A stretch of 42,759 nt of DNA, from NCBI GenBank assembly GCA_041742355.1, contig JBGSIV010000004.1:1-42759 (forward strand), read 5' to 3'. The DNA comes from Candidatus Zixiibacteriota bacterium. Lineage in GTDB: Bacteria; Zixibacteria; MSB-5A5; GN15; FEB-12. Shown one piece after another: positions 17,426 through 26,609 of this stretch. The notes under the pieces were generated by a model. That model was not told the origin of the DNA, did no database searches, and saw only the letters and a list, made by a program, of their open reading frames with translations. The translations under genes were made by a program, and so were the position numbers. The number at the start of each line of letters is the position of its first letter. The stretch's first letter is position 1.

Positions 17426-18167
17426 AGTCATGGCACTGGCGGTCATGCTCTGGGGAGCTGCGGCGGCATTCGGGGCGGACGACGCTTCGGAGTTCCGGCG
17501 GGCCAATGAAGCCTACGAACAGCGGGACTACACCGCGGCCGTCGGCCTGTACGAAGGGTTCTTGAGCCGCGGGGTGGAGTCGGCGGAGATATACTACAAT
17601 CTGGGCAATGCGTATTTCAAGCAGGGAGACGTTGGGCGGGCGGTGCTCAACTACCTGCGGGCGGAACGGCTGAATCCTGCCGACGAGGATATCCGGCACA
17701 ACCTTGAGTTTGCCCGGCAGTTCTCGCGGGTCAAGTTGGAGGGGGTACAGCTTAATCCGATCCAGAGCCTCTTTGAGTCTGTTGTGGCGCCTTATCGCCT
17801 GAGCACGATGGCCTGGGTATCGTCGGTGCTGTTCATCCTGTTCTGCGCCGCGCTGGCGATCCGGTTCGGGCTGGGGTTCTGGGGGGGATGGGTGAGGGCC
17901 GGGGTTATCGCCACCCTGGTGCTGGTGTTGGCCGCAGCCGGCCTGACCACGTTCAAGTACCGCACGGAGTTTCTAACCCGTCGGGTGGTCATTATAGCCG
18001 ACGAGAGCCCGGTTCAAAACGGGCCGTCGCAGAACGCCGGCATCGAGTTCCAGGGAGCCCCGGGGTTGGTAGCTGAGGTGCTTACCGAGAGCGGGGGGTA
18101 CTACAACGTCCTGTTCGAGAACAAACGCCGGGGCTGGATTCGACGGGACCTGGTCGCCGAAGTATAG
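17418..18167 (+). CDS. batE: BatE, TPR + TM + SH3-like protein (249 aa)
   Basis: TTG start after GGAGGGAG. ANEAY..DY..A, YYNLGNAYFKQG..GRAVLNYLRAERLNP...HNL, two TMs, C-terminal SH3-like ...KRRGWI. Confidence 0.9.
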   Translation: MRKVMALAVMLWGAAAAFGADDASEFRRANEAYEQRDYTAAVGLYEGFLSRGVESAEIYYNLGNAYFKQGDVGRAVLNYLRAERLNPADEDIRHNLEFARQFSRVKLEGVQLNPIQSLFESVVAPYRLSTMAWVSSVLFILFCAALAIRFGLGFWGGWVRAGVIATLVLVLAAAGLTTFKYRTEFLTRRVVIIADESPVQNGPSQNAGIEFQGAPGLVAEVLTESGGYYNVLFENKRRGWIRRDLVAEV

Positions 18168-18196
18168 AGCGGCCGGGTGGGACCGGGTTTATTTGA

Positions 18197-18225
18197 TTGA
18201 CACCCTTCTGGCACCCCTCTATTTT
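18197..18225 (+). promoter_or_regulatory. Sigma70-type promoter for the flippase-like gene and corA
   Basis: TTGACA (18197-18202) - 17 bp - TATTTT (18220-18225) in an AT-richer intergenic gap. Confidence 0.7.
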
Positions 18226-18266
18226 ACTCCGGCATCTTTGCATCTCATTTTAAAGATCGGGCGCCG

Positions 18267-19307
18267 ATGATATGGAAGAAGAAAAAGTTCTGGGGAACCC
18301 TTATAGCGGTCGCCCTCCTGGCCTACTGTGTCAAGGACATCAGCCTCGCTGATCTGCGCCAACTTTTCGAGCGCCTTCAGTTCGTCTACCTGATTCCCGC
18401 CCTGGTCCTGTCGTTTGCCTTCGTCGCGCTCAAGGCGCTACGATGGCGGGCGATCGTCATGCCACAGAAAGTCATTCCCGTCTGGCGGACGATTACGCTG
18501 TATTCGGCCGGGCAAGTAGTCAATATCGCGATGCCCGCGCTCACCGGCCAGCTGGGGCGGATTTTCCTCTTCGCCAAGTTCGAGGGGCTGCGCAAGACCT
18601 ATGTCTTCTCCACGATCCTGCTGGAGGTGGTGCTGGACGCGATTACGCTGATCGGCGTCTTGCTCATGACTTCGTTCGCCTTCAAATTTCCCGAGGAATA
18701 TCGTTCGGCAGGGTACGTGATCGGGATCGGCACGGTTGCCGGCATCATCCTGCTCTACACGATTCTGCTCTTCCAGGAGCGGTTTGTCACTATGAGCCGG
18801 CGGTGGTTGCGTCCCCGATGGCCGGGATTCTACATCTCGATGAAGAAGTTCCTCCGGTCATTCGCCAAGGGGCTGTCGTCGCTGCGGACCCGCCAGGGAA
18901 CTTTCTACTCGCTTATGTACTCGGTGGTCTACTGGGCGGCCCACATCCTGGTCATCTACTACCTCTTCAAGGCTTTCGGCTTTGACCTGCCGCTGTCGGC
19001 GGCAGCGCTGGTGATGCTGATCAACACCCTGGCGCTGACGGTCCCGATTACGCCGGGAAATGCCGGGACCTTCGAGGTGGCAGTGTCGACGTCGCTGTCG
19101 GCGTTTTCGGTGGGTCGGACGGACGCGGTGCTCTTCGCGCTCGCCCTGCACCTGATTGATCTGCTGCCCCTCTGGGTGCTGGGCATGTGGTTCCTGCGTT
19201 TTAAGAAAGTCTCGATCAAGGATATTCAGCAGCAACACGAGGACGACAATCTCCTCGATCACATGGACGAGAACGGTTACCTCATCGAACGGGAGCGGCC
19301 CGCATGA
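18267..19307 (+). CDS. Lysylphosphatidylglycerol synthase TM-domain (UPF0104, flippase-like) membrane protein (346 aa)
   Basis: LKALRW, N..MP..GQLGR, STILLEVVLD, VPITPGNAGTFE, many TM helices. Confidence 0.85.
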   Translation: MIWKKKKFWGTLIAVALLAYCVKDISLADLRQLFERLQFVYLIPALVLSFAFVALKALRWRAIVMPQKVIPVWRTITLYSAGQVVNIAMPALTGQLGRIFLFAKFEGLRKTYVFSTILLEVVLDAITLIGVLLMTSFAFKFPEEYRSAGYVIGIGTVAGIILLYTILLFQERFVTMSRRWLRPRWPGFYISMKKFLRSFAKGLSSLRTRQGTFYSLMYSVVYWAAHILVIYYLFKAFGFDLPLSAAALVMLINTLALTVPITPGNAGTFEVAVSTSLSAFSVGRTDAVLFALALHLIDLLPLWVLGMWFLRFKKVSIKDIQQQHEDDNLLDHMDENGYLIERERPA

Positions 19308-20272
19308 TCCGATCGTTTCTCTATCTGCCCGGGGAAGGGGTTGAAGTGGGGGAGGGGATTCTCGACTTCCGGGAGATGACCGAAAAGGAGAACGCGGTCC
19401 TCTGGATCGACCTGCTCAAGCCGACTGACGAGGAATCGTACATCCTCACCCACGACTTCAATTTCCACCCGCTGGCGATTGAAGACGTGATATCGGAGAA
19501 ACCCCGGACCAAGCTCGATGACTACGAGCGCTACCTGTTCCTGGTATTCCAGATAGTCGACTATATCGGGCGGGAAGAGGGGCTGAAAATCGGGGAGATC
19601 GATCTGTTCCTCACGAGAAATGCCCTCGTGACTGTGCACTACGACGATCACCGGATGTACGATTACCTCTACCACCGAGCTGAGCGGGATGAGCGGCTCA
19701 TGTCCAGGGGCGTGGATTTCCTCTTCCACGCGGTCATCGATACGGTTGTGGATAACTACAACGCCACTTTGGACATTCTCGAGTACGAGGTTGACCGAAT
19801 CGAGGACGACGTGCTGGAGGGGGTTGACGAAGAAACGCTGCGGTCGATGTTCACCCTCCGGCGGGATATCATTCAGCTTAGGCGTATCGTGATTCCGCAA
19901 AAAGAGGTGCTGCTGCACCTGTCGCAGGAGAAATTCCCGCAGATTTCCCCGCGTGCCTCGGTCTACTTTTCGGATATTCACGACCATCTGGTCAGGGTGG
20001 ATGATCTGGCCAATTTCCACCGCGAGATCCTCAATTCGTCCCTGGAAGTCTACTACTCCTCGATTTCGACCCGCACTAACGAGGCGATCAAGGTTCTCAC
20101 GATCCTCAGCGTGCTGTTTATCCCTCCGACCTTTCTGGTCGGGCTCTGGGGGATGAACTTCCGGCACATGCCCGAACTGGACTGGAAATACGGCTACTGG
20201 GCCGCGCTGGGATTGATCTTCACCGTGGTTATCGCCCTCCTGTTCTATTTCCGCAAGAAAAAGTGGATCTAA
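19304..20272 (+). CDS. corA: Magnesium/cobalt transporter CorA (322 aa)
   Basis: ATGA overlap with the upstream gene. WIDL, FHPLAIED, RTKLDDY, KVLTILS, signature WGMNF..MPELDWKYGY, ends KKKWI. Confidence 0.95.
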   Translation: MIRSFLYLPGEGVEVGEGILDFREMTEKENAVLWIDLLKPTDEESYILTHDFNFHPLAIEDVISEKPRTKLDDYERYLFLVFQIVDYIGREEGLKIGEIDLFLTRNALVTVHYDDHRMYDYLYHRAERDERLMSRGVDFLFHAVIDTVVDNYNATLDILEYEVDRIEDDVLEGVDEETLRSMFTLRRDIIQLRRIVIPQKEVLLHLSQEKFPQISPRASVYFSDIHDHLVRVDDLANFHREILNSSLEVYYSSISTRTNEAIKVLTILSVLFIPPTFLVGLWGMNFRHMPELDWKYGYWAALGLIFTVVIALLFYFRKKKWI

Positions 20273-20294
20273 CGGATTTTTAACGAAACATCTC

Positions 20295-20323
20295 TTGACA
20301 ACATCCGTTTCAGTCCATATAGA
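20295..20323 (+). promoter_or_regulatory. Sigma70-type promoter of the tetR-efflux-bsh operon
   Basis: Perfect TTGACA (20295-20300) - 17 bp - TATAGA (20318-20323; imperfect -10). Confidence 0.65.
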
Positions 20324-20350
20324 TACCGACCGGTAGGTATGTAGGTCGGT
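20323..20350. promoter_or_regulatory. Putative TetR operator (palindrome plus an extra half-site)
   Basis: ATACCGACCGGTAGGTAT (20323-20340) matches its reverse complement at 16/18 positions and overlaps the predicted TSS. A further GGTCGGT half-site lies at 20344-20350. Confidence 0.75.
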
Positions 20351-20353
20351 GGA

Positions 20354-20989
20354 TTGAAGGAAATGGACAACAAACGACCACAGCGGAAACGCATTAAACA
20401 GAGCCCCAAACTTCCAGCCGAAGAGCGTCGGGAGCAACTGCTTCTGGCGGCGCATGAGCTGTTTGCGAAGCAGGGGTACCGGGCGACCGGGACGGACGAA
20501 ATCGCCAAACGGGCGGGATTGACCAAGGGGGCGCTCTACTTTCATTTCGCCAGCAAGGAAGAAATCCTGCTGGCAATGGTGAAGGAGATCATTGAGGGAC
20601 ACTCCCGCACCATGGACAAGCTGGCCGGGCGGAGGCTGACCCCGGCGGAGCTGTTGGTGGAACTGCGGCAAATCGATTGCCAGATGCCGATGCCGGAAGC
20701 CCGCCGGAATCTCCACCTCATTGCCGAGGTGATCCAGATCCCGCGAGTGCTGAAGGTAATCAACGCCGCGTATGAGCGGTCGGTGCGGCAGCTGGCCGAG
20801 TGCCTTGATCCGGCGTACGGGAGGACGCTGGAGGAGCGGCGACGGCTGGTCGAGCTGCTCCACGCACTGTACGACGGCATCAATTTCGCGGGGATGATCC
20901 ACCCCCAGCTCGGCGATCTCGACCGCCAGGTCGAAACGCTGGCTCGGTTGACGAAGAAGACAAGAAAACGGGAAAGAAAGGACAGATGA
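20354..20989 (+). CDS. TetR/AcrR-family transcriptional regulator (start TTG 20354 or ATG 20363)
   Basis: RREQLLLAAHELFAKQGYRATGTDEIAKRAGLTKGALYFHFASKEEIL, a canonical TetR N-terminal HTH. Confidence 0.95.
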   Translation: MKEMDNKRPQRKRIKQSPKLPAEERREQLLLAAHELFAKQGYRATGTDEIAKRAGLTKGALYFHFASKEEILLAMVKEIIEGHSRTMDKLAGRRLTPAELLVELRQIDCQMPMPEARRNLHLIAEVIQIPRVLKVINAAYERSVRQLAECLDPAYGRTLEERRRLVELLHALYDGINFAGMIHPQLGDLDRQVETLARLTKKTRKRERKDR

Positions 20990-22374
20990 TCCCGCACATG
21001 AAGCATAACAGCAGCGGTTCGACACCGACCGCGAGGTCTGGGGCGGTTTGTCTGGCACTGGTTGCAGCGATAGCCCTGTCGGCAGTCATCCCGGCGAACG
21101 CGCAGGACGCGAGAGTTCTGACGATCGACGACGTGCGGCGGCTGGCGCTGGAGTACAACCGCGACTACCTGACGGCGCAGCAGGAGGTTGACCGGGCGGA
21201 TGCCCGGGTGGTCGAGGCGCGGGCAGGGGCGCTGCCTCGGATCGACGGCAATGCGTACTACAACCGGAACTTCGAAGTGCCGACCAGCTTCATCGAGATG
21301 AACGGCGAGACGATGGAGCTGCAGTTCGGCTTCAAGAACTCTTTCGGAGCCGGGGTGTCGTTGCGGCAGTCGATTTACCAGGGTGGAAAGGTCTTCACCG
21401 CCCTGGCGATCGCGAAGCTCTACAAGGAGTACTCGCGGGCCGGCGCGGCGGAGGTGGGCAACGACATCGTATTCAACGGCGAAGTGCTCTTTTACGCGGC
21501 GGTTTTTCGGCAGTCGCAGGTGGCTGTTCTGCAGAAGGCAATCGAGGCGGCCGAGTACAACCTGAGCACCATCGAGAAAATGCGTGATCAGGGGATGGTG
21601 TCGGAGTTTGAGGTGCTGCGGGCGCGGGTGGAGCGCAACAACCTTCTGCCGCAGTTGATCGCGGCCGAATCCGAAGTCGAGTTGGCCCGAAAGCGACTGA
21701 AGTCGTTTCTCGGGTTAGACCTGAATGCGCCGGTTGAACTGGTGGAGCGTCCGGTCGATAGCGACACAAGCCTGGCAGGGCTTCCCCCCATGGAGCGGTA
21801 TATCGATTCGGCGCTGCAGACGCGTCCCGCGGTGCAGCAGGCGGAACTGCTGACGGAGATCACGCGTAAGGCGATCAGAATTGCCAAGGCGGACTACTGG
21901 CCGCACCTGGAGGCTGTCTCGGACTGGGGCTGGAGCTCGCAGTCCGATGACTTCACGCTCAAAGAGAACACGTCGACCTCGCTGACAGCCGGCTTGGTGG
22001 TCTCGGTTCCGATATTCACGGGATTCGAACGCCAGGCAGCCGTATCGCAGGCAAAGGTGGATTTCAACCAGTCCCGGCTGGCGGAAAGCCAGACACAGGA
22101 TCGGGTTCGCCTGGAAGTCGAGGAGGCCTACTACCAGGTGCAGCAGGCGAAGAAGGCCCTGGACATTCAGGGCGCAACCATAGCGGAAGCGCAGGAGGGG
22201 CTGAATATCGCCAACGTGCGGTACGAGTCGGGTGTCGGGACGCTCCTGGAGGTTCTTTCGGCCCAGGTGGCGCTGACTGACGCGCGTAACGCCAACGCGG
22301 AGGCGCTGTTCAATTTCCGCGTCGCCGAAGCAAGACTCAAACGGGCAACAACGATTCAACCGAGTGTGGAATAG
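20986..22374 (+). CDS. TolC-family outer-membrane efflux protein (462 aa)
   Basis: ATGA overlap with tetR. Signal peptide; ALEYN, ARAGALP, two OEP repeats (QGMVSEFEVLRA; YESGVGTLLEVLSAQ). Confidence 0.93.
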   Translation: MIPHMKHNSSGSTPTARSGAVCLALVAAIALSAVIPANAQDARVLTIDDVRRLALEYNRDYLTAQQEVDRADARVVEARAGALPRIDGNAYYNRNFEVPTSFIEMNGETMELQFGFKNSFGAGVSLRQSIYQGGKVFTALAIAKLYKEYSRAGAAEVGNDIVFNGEVLFYAAVFRQSQVAVLQKAIEAAEYNLSTIEKMRDQGMVSEFEVLRARVERNNLLPQLIAAESEVELARKRLKSFLGLDLNAPVELVERPVDSDTSLAGLPPMERYIDSALQTRPAVQQAELLTEITRKAIRIAKADYWPHLEAVSDWGWSSQSDDFTLKENTSTSLTAGLVVSVPIFTGFERQAAVSQAKVDFNQSRLAESQTQDRVRLEVEEAYYQVQQAKKALDIQGATIAEAQEGLNIANVRYESGVGTLLEVLSAQVALTDARNANAEALFNFRVAEARLKRATTIQPSVE

Positions 22375-22377
22375 CAT

Positions 22378-23430
22378 ATGAAGATTCGACGAATCATACC
22401 AGCAGTAATGGCGGTTGCGGTAACGGCGGTGATGGCGAGCTGCAACGGTGGACAGCAGCAGGCCGAGGCGGAGCGTCCGGCGGTGCCGGTGCGCGTGCAG
22501 GTGATCGTGCCGTTCAACGAGAACCTGACGAAAACGTATACCGGAGTGCTCGAGGGACAGAACCAGGCGGTCATGTACGCCAAGGTCGCGGAGGCGGTCG
22601 ACAGCGTACTCGTGCGCGAGGGGGATCGGGTCAGCGCCGGCCAGGTGCTGGTCAAGCTCGACCGCGAGGGACCGACCTCCAACTTGCGGCAGGCGGAGAG
22701 CGTCTACCGCAACGCCGAGAAGAACTACAACAAGATGAAGGTCCTCTTCGAGCAGGGTGCGATTGCCGAGACGCAGTTCGATGCAGCGGAAACTGATTAC
22801 GAGGTGGCTCGGGCCTCCTACGAGTCCGCCCGGCAACTGGTCGAGATCCAATCGCCGATCAAGGGAACCGTGACCTCGGTCAATGTTCGGCGCGGCGATT
22901 TCCTGCAGCAGGGACAGGTCGTGGCGACGGTCGCGGCGACTGACCGCCTGCGGGTCCGGTTTGATGTGAAGACGTCGGACATGAATCTGGTGCAGCTGGG
23001 CGACACCGTGCGGGTTGTCTCCGAGACGGTCAACGAAGCGCTCCCCGGCGTCGTGACGGCTGTGGCGCAGTCGGCCGATCCCGTCTCGCGGGCATTCGAG
23101 GTTGAAGCGATAGTCGCCAACACCGGTTCGGGGAATGACACCGCATTTCGACCGGGTATGTTTGTCCGCGTCCTGCTGATCATGCAGCGCCTGGAGAATG
23201 TCGTCGGCGTGCCGCAGGATGCCGTAATCGCCCTAGCCAACGGGTCGGCGGTGTACGTGGTCGACGACGGCGTCGCTTTCCGGCGGATGGTTTCGCTCGG
23301 GGCGGAAGCCGGCGGACGGGTTGTGGTCGAAGAAGGATTGCAGCCAGGCGACACGGTTGTCACGCTCGGGCAGAGCTACCTCGATGACAGCACCGCCGTG
23401 AGAATCACCGACGTGGAAAAAGGTGCATAA
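22378..23430 (+). CDS. RND efflux periplasmic adaptor (membrane fusion protein), lipoprotein (350 aa)
   Basis: Lipobox MAS-C; VREGDRVSAGQVLVKLD, IQSPIKGTV, FRPGMF, VPQDAV, GLQPGDTVV. Confidence 0.93.
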   Translation: MKIRRIIPAVMAVAVTAVMASCNGGQQQAEAERPAVPVRVQVIVPFNENLTKTYTGVLEGQNQAVMYAKVAEAVDSVLVREGDRVSAGQVLVKLDREGPTSNLRQAESVYRNAEKNYNKMKVLFEQGAIAETQFDAAETDYEVARASYESARQLVEIQSPIKGTVTSVNVRRGDFLQQGQVVATVAATDRLRVRFDVKTSDMNLVQLGDTVRVVSETVNEALPGVVTAVAQSADPVSRAFEVEAIVANTGSGNDTAFRPGMFVRVLLIMQRLENVVGVPQDAVIALANGSAVYVVDDGVAFRRMVSLGAEAGGRVVVEEGLQPGDTVVTLGQSYLDDSTAVRITDVEKGA

Positions 23431-26400
23431 TGAAGCTTTCCGAAGTTGCAGTCAACCGCCCCGTCTTTACCACGATGATGATGGCGGCGCTCGTGGTGCT
23501 CGGGTTGTTCTCCTACGGCGAGTTGCCGCTCGACCTGATGCCCGATGTCGAGTTCCCGTTCACCGTCATCCAGACGATCTACCCGGGGGCATCGGCGGAA
23601 ACGGTCGAGACCGAAGTCACCGCCGAGCTCGAGGAGGAGGTCAACCTCGTCTCGGGGATACGGCATATAGAGTCGCGCTCGATGGAGGGGTACTCGCTGG
23701 TCATTATCGAGTTCGATCTCGATCGGGATGCGGCCGAAGCCACGCAGGAGGTTCGCGAGAAGGTGGCCGGCATTCGCAGCGAACTGCCGGACGACATTGA
23801 AGAGCCGATCGTGCAGAACTTTGACCCGACGGCCCAACCGATCATGTCGGTGGCCCTCTCGGGCAACCGCCCGCCGCGCGATTTGACCACGCTGGCGGAC
23901 GAGGTTATCAAGGAACGCCTCCAGGCAATCCCGGGCGTCGGGGGGGTGACCCTCGTCGGCGGACACGAGCGCGAGATACTCGTTGCGCTCGACCTGAACC
24001 GCATGGAGACGTTCGGGGTTACCGCTGGTGACGTGCGCGAAGCGGTGGCCGAGGCCAATATGGAAATCCCGGGCGGACGCATTGACGAAGCCTCGCGTGA
24101 GTACCTGGTTCGGTTAGCCGGACGGCTCGACCGGGTCGAGGAGTTCGAGGACGTCATCGTTAAGAACAAGGGCGGCTCGCCCGTATACCTCGGAGATATC
24201 GCCGAAGTGAAGGACACGACCGTCGAGCAACGCTCATTCTCGAGCTACAACGGCGCTTCGGCAGTATCCTTGACAATTACCAAACAGGCTGGGACCAACA
24301 CGGTGGAAATGGCCGACCGTACCCGTGAAACGGTGGCGCAGCTGAACAAGGAGTTGCCCTCCGACATCCGGATCGAGGTCGTCGATGACGCTTCGACATT
24401 CATCCGCGATTCGGTCCACGAGATCCAATTCAACATCGCGTTCGGGACGCTGCTCGCGATCATCGTTATCTTCCTGTTCCTGCTGGATGCGCGACCTACG
24501 GCCATCACCGCGTTCGCCATCCCGATCTCGCTCATCGCGACGTTTACCGTGATGAACTTCCTCGGGTTCACAATCAACGTGATGACCCTCCTGGGACTGT
24601 CGCTGGCAGTCGGTATACTGGTCGACGACGCGATTGTAGTGATCGAGAACATCTACCGTCACATGGCCGAGGGGCGATCGGCGTGGGATGCAGCAATCTC
24701 GGGCACGAAAGAGATCGGTCTGGCGGTCATGGCGACGACATTTTCGATCATGGTCGTGTTTCTGCCGGTGGCCTTCATGGAAGGAATCGTCGGCCGGTTC
24801 TTCTATGAGTTCGGTGTAACGGTGGCGTTCGCGGTGCTCGTGTCGCTCTTCGTGGCCTTTAGTCTCACACCGATGCTGTCGTCCCGCTGGCTGAGGCCGG
24901 AAGCGGCGCAGGAGGATGTCGAGGGGGCGAAGCCGCGCACCGGCGGGGGGATTGTCAACCGTATCTACAATATCCTGCTCTACTGGAACCGGGCGTTCGA
25001 CTGGTTCAAACCCAAGTATCGCTCGCTGCTGGAAAAGTCACTGCGGACGCGCTGGCTCGTGGTGCTCGTGGCTGTAGCAGCGTTTGCGCTGGCCTTCGTT
25101 GTCCCGATGCTCGGACTGGTCGGCGTGGAGTTCATGACTGAAACCGATCAGAACCAGTTGGCGATCGATATCGAGACGCCCCCGGGCACGACGCTCGATG
25201 ATACGGTAGAGCGATTCCAACAAGCCGAGCAAACGGTGCGCGAGAAACTCCCCGGCATGGTGGCGAACACGTTTATCACGATCGGCCGGGGCAATGATCC
25301 GGTCACACGCGGTCGGCTCCTGGTCAAGCTGGTCGACCGCAGCGAGCGTGCTTTTTCGGCGCGCCAGCTCATGGATTCGACTCGCGTGTACTTGGCCGGC
25401 ATGCCGGGCCTGGAGGTCTCAATCGGAGTCGGTGAGGGAGAAGGCGGCTCGGAGAAGCCGATCGAGATTTCGGTTCGCGGGCCGGATCACGACGAAGTTG
25501 CCCGGCTCTCCAAAACGCTGCAGCAGTACTTTTATCCGGTGCCCGGTGTGGTCGATGTCGACAACACGCTGACCGAGGGGAAGCCGGAGATCTCAATTTC
25601 CTATGACCGCCGCCTTGCGAGCGATCTGGGGATCTCGCTGATGGAGATTCCGATGACTGTGCGCTGGCTGGTGGAAGGGGATGTCGTGACCCGGTTCAAG
25701 GAAGGGGATCAGGAGTACGATGTCCGAATGCGGCTGGACGAACGTTTCCGGCAGTCGACCGAGAATCTCGGGAGCATCCTGATCAAGAGCGATCACAACG
25801 GCGAAAACGGCACACTCCTGGTCCCCCTGGAGCGGGTCGCGCGTCTGGAAAAGACGGCTGAGGTCAGCGAGTTCTACCGTTACAACCGCCAGCGGGAAGT
25901 GCGGGTGAACGCCAATGTCACCAGCCAGCAGTTCCCCGGCACGGCGACGAACCTGATCATGCAGCGGTTCAACGCCGAAGTGGCGGTCCCACCCGGGTAC
26001 ATTGTCGCACCGGTCGGCCAGCAGGAGATCATGGAGGAGTCATTTGCAAATATCCTGCGGGCGTTGTTCCTGGCGGTCATCTTCATCTACCTGCTCCTGG
26101 CCTCCCAGTATGAGTCCTTCCGGGATCCGTTCTCGATCATGTTGTCGTTGCCTTTGTCGCTGGTAGGTGCTATCTTGGGGTTGATCGGGTCCTCGTTCTC
26201 GATTATGTCCCTGATCGGGATCGTGCTCCTGATGGGTCTGGTCACGAAGAACGCCATTCTGCTGATCGATTTCGTGAAACAAGAACGGGAGAAAGGCGTT
26301 TCAAGGACTGATGCGATTCTGGCCGCGGGCCCGATCCGGTTGCGGCCGATTCTCATGACGACCCTTGCGACCGTGTTCGGCATGTTGCCACTGGCGCTCG

Positions 26401-26609
26401 GGATAGGTCCCGGCGCCGAACTCCGCGCCCCCATGGCCCGGGCGGTCATCGGCGGGATGATCTCGTCGATGCTGCTCACACTGGTGGTCGTTCCCGTCGT
26501 GTACACGATTATCGAGGATTTCAGCGACGGGATGCGCCGGCTGGTGCGCCGGGTGTTCGGGCTATCGAGTAAACCGACGGTGAAAGAGGAAACAGCTGTC
26601 AGTGGATAG
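23430..26609 (+). CDS. RND (AcrB/AcrD/AcrF, HAE1-type) efflux permease (1059 aa)
   Basis: TAATG overlap with the MFP gene. RPV start, YPGASAE, proton-relay motifs GILVDDAIVVIENI and VTKNAILL, RLRPILMTT, LALG.G.E..APMA. Confidence 0.96.
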   Translation: MKLSEVAVNRPVFTTMMMAALVVLGLFSYGELPLDLMPDVEFPFTVIQTIYPGASAETVETEVTAELEEEVNLVSGIRHIESRSMEGYSLVIIEFDLDRDAAEATQEVREKVAGIRSELPDDIEEPIVQNFDPTAQPIMSVALSGNRPPRDLTTLADEVIKERLQAIPGVGGVTLVGGHEREILVALDLNRMETFGVTAGDVREAVAEANMEIPGGRIDEASREYLVRLAGRLDRVEEFEDVIVKNKGGSPVYLGDIAEVKDTTVEQRSFSSYNGASAVSLTITKQAGTNTVEMADRTRETVAQLNKELPSDIRIEVVDDASTFIRDSVHEIQFNIAFGTLLAIIVIFLFLLDARPTAITAFAIPISLIATFTVMNFLGFTINVMTLLGLSLAVGILVDDAIVVIENIYRHMAEGRSAWDAAISGTKEIGLAVMATTFSIMVVFLPVAFMEGIVGRFFYEFGVTVAFAVLVSLFVAFSLTPMLSSRWLRPEAAQEDVEGAKPRTGGGIVNRIYNILLYWNRAFDWFKPKYRSLLEKSLRTRWLVVLVAVAAFALAFVVPMLGLVGVEFMTETDQNQLAIDIETPPGTTLDDTVERFQQAEQTVREKLPGMVANTFITIGRGNDPVTRGRLLVKLVDRSERAFSARQLMDSTRVYLAGMPGLEVSIGVGEGEGGSEKPIEISVRGPDHDEVARLSKTLQQYFYPVPGVVDVDNTLTEGKPEISISYDRRLASDLGISLMEIPMTVRWLVEGDVVTRFKEGDQEYDVRMRLDERFRQSTENLGSILIKSDHNGENGTLLVPLERVARLEKTAEVSEFYRYNRQREVRVNANVTSQQFPGTATNLIMQRFNAEVAVPPGYIVAPVGQQEIMEESFANILRALFLAVIFIYLLLASQYESFRDPFSIMLSLPLSLVGAILGLIGSSFSIMSLIGIVLLMGLVTKNAILLIDFVKQEREKGVSRTDAILAAGPIRLRPILMTTLATVFGMLPLALGIGPGAELRAPMARAVIGGMISSMLLTLVVVPVVYTIIEDFSDGMRRLVRRVFGLSSKPTVKEETAVSG

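Noticed and set aside
18168..18196. Intrinsic terminator after batE (CCGG-GTGGGA-CCGG then GTTTATTT)
   Set aside because: Only a 4-bp stem with an interrupted U-tract; too weak to call.
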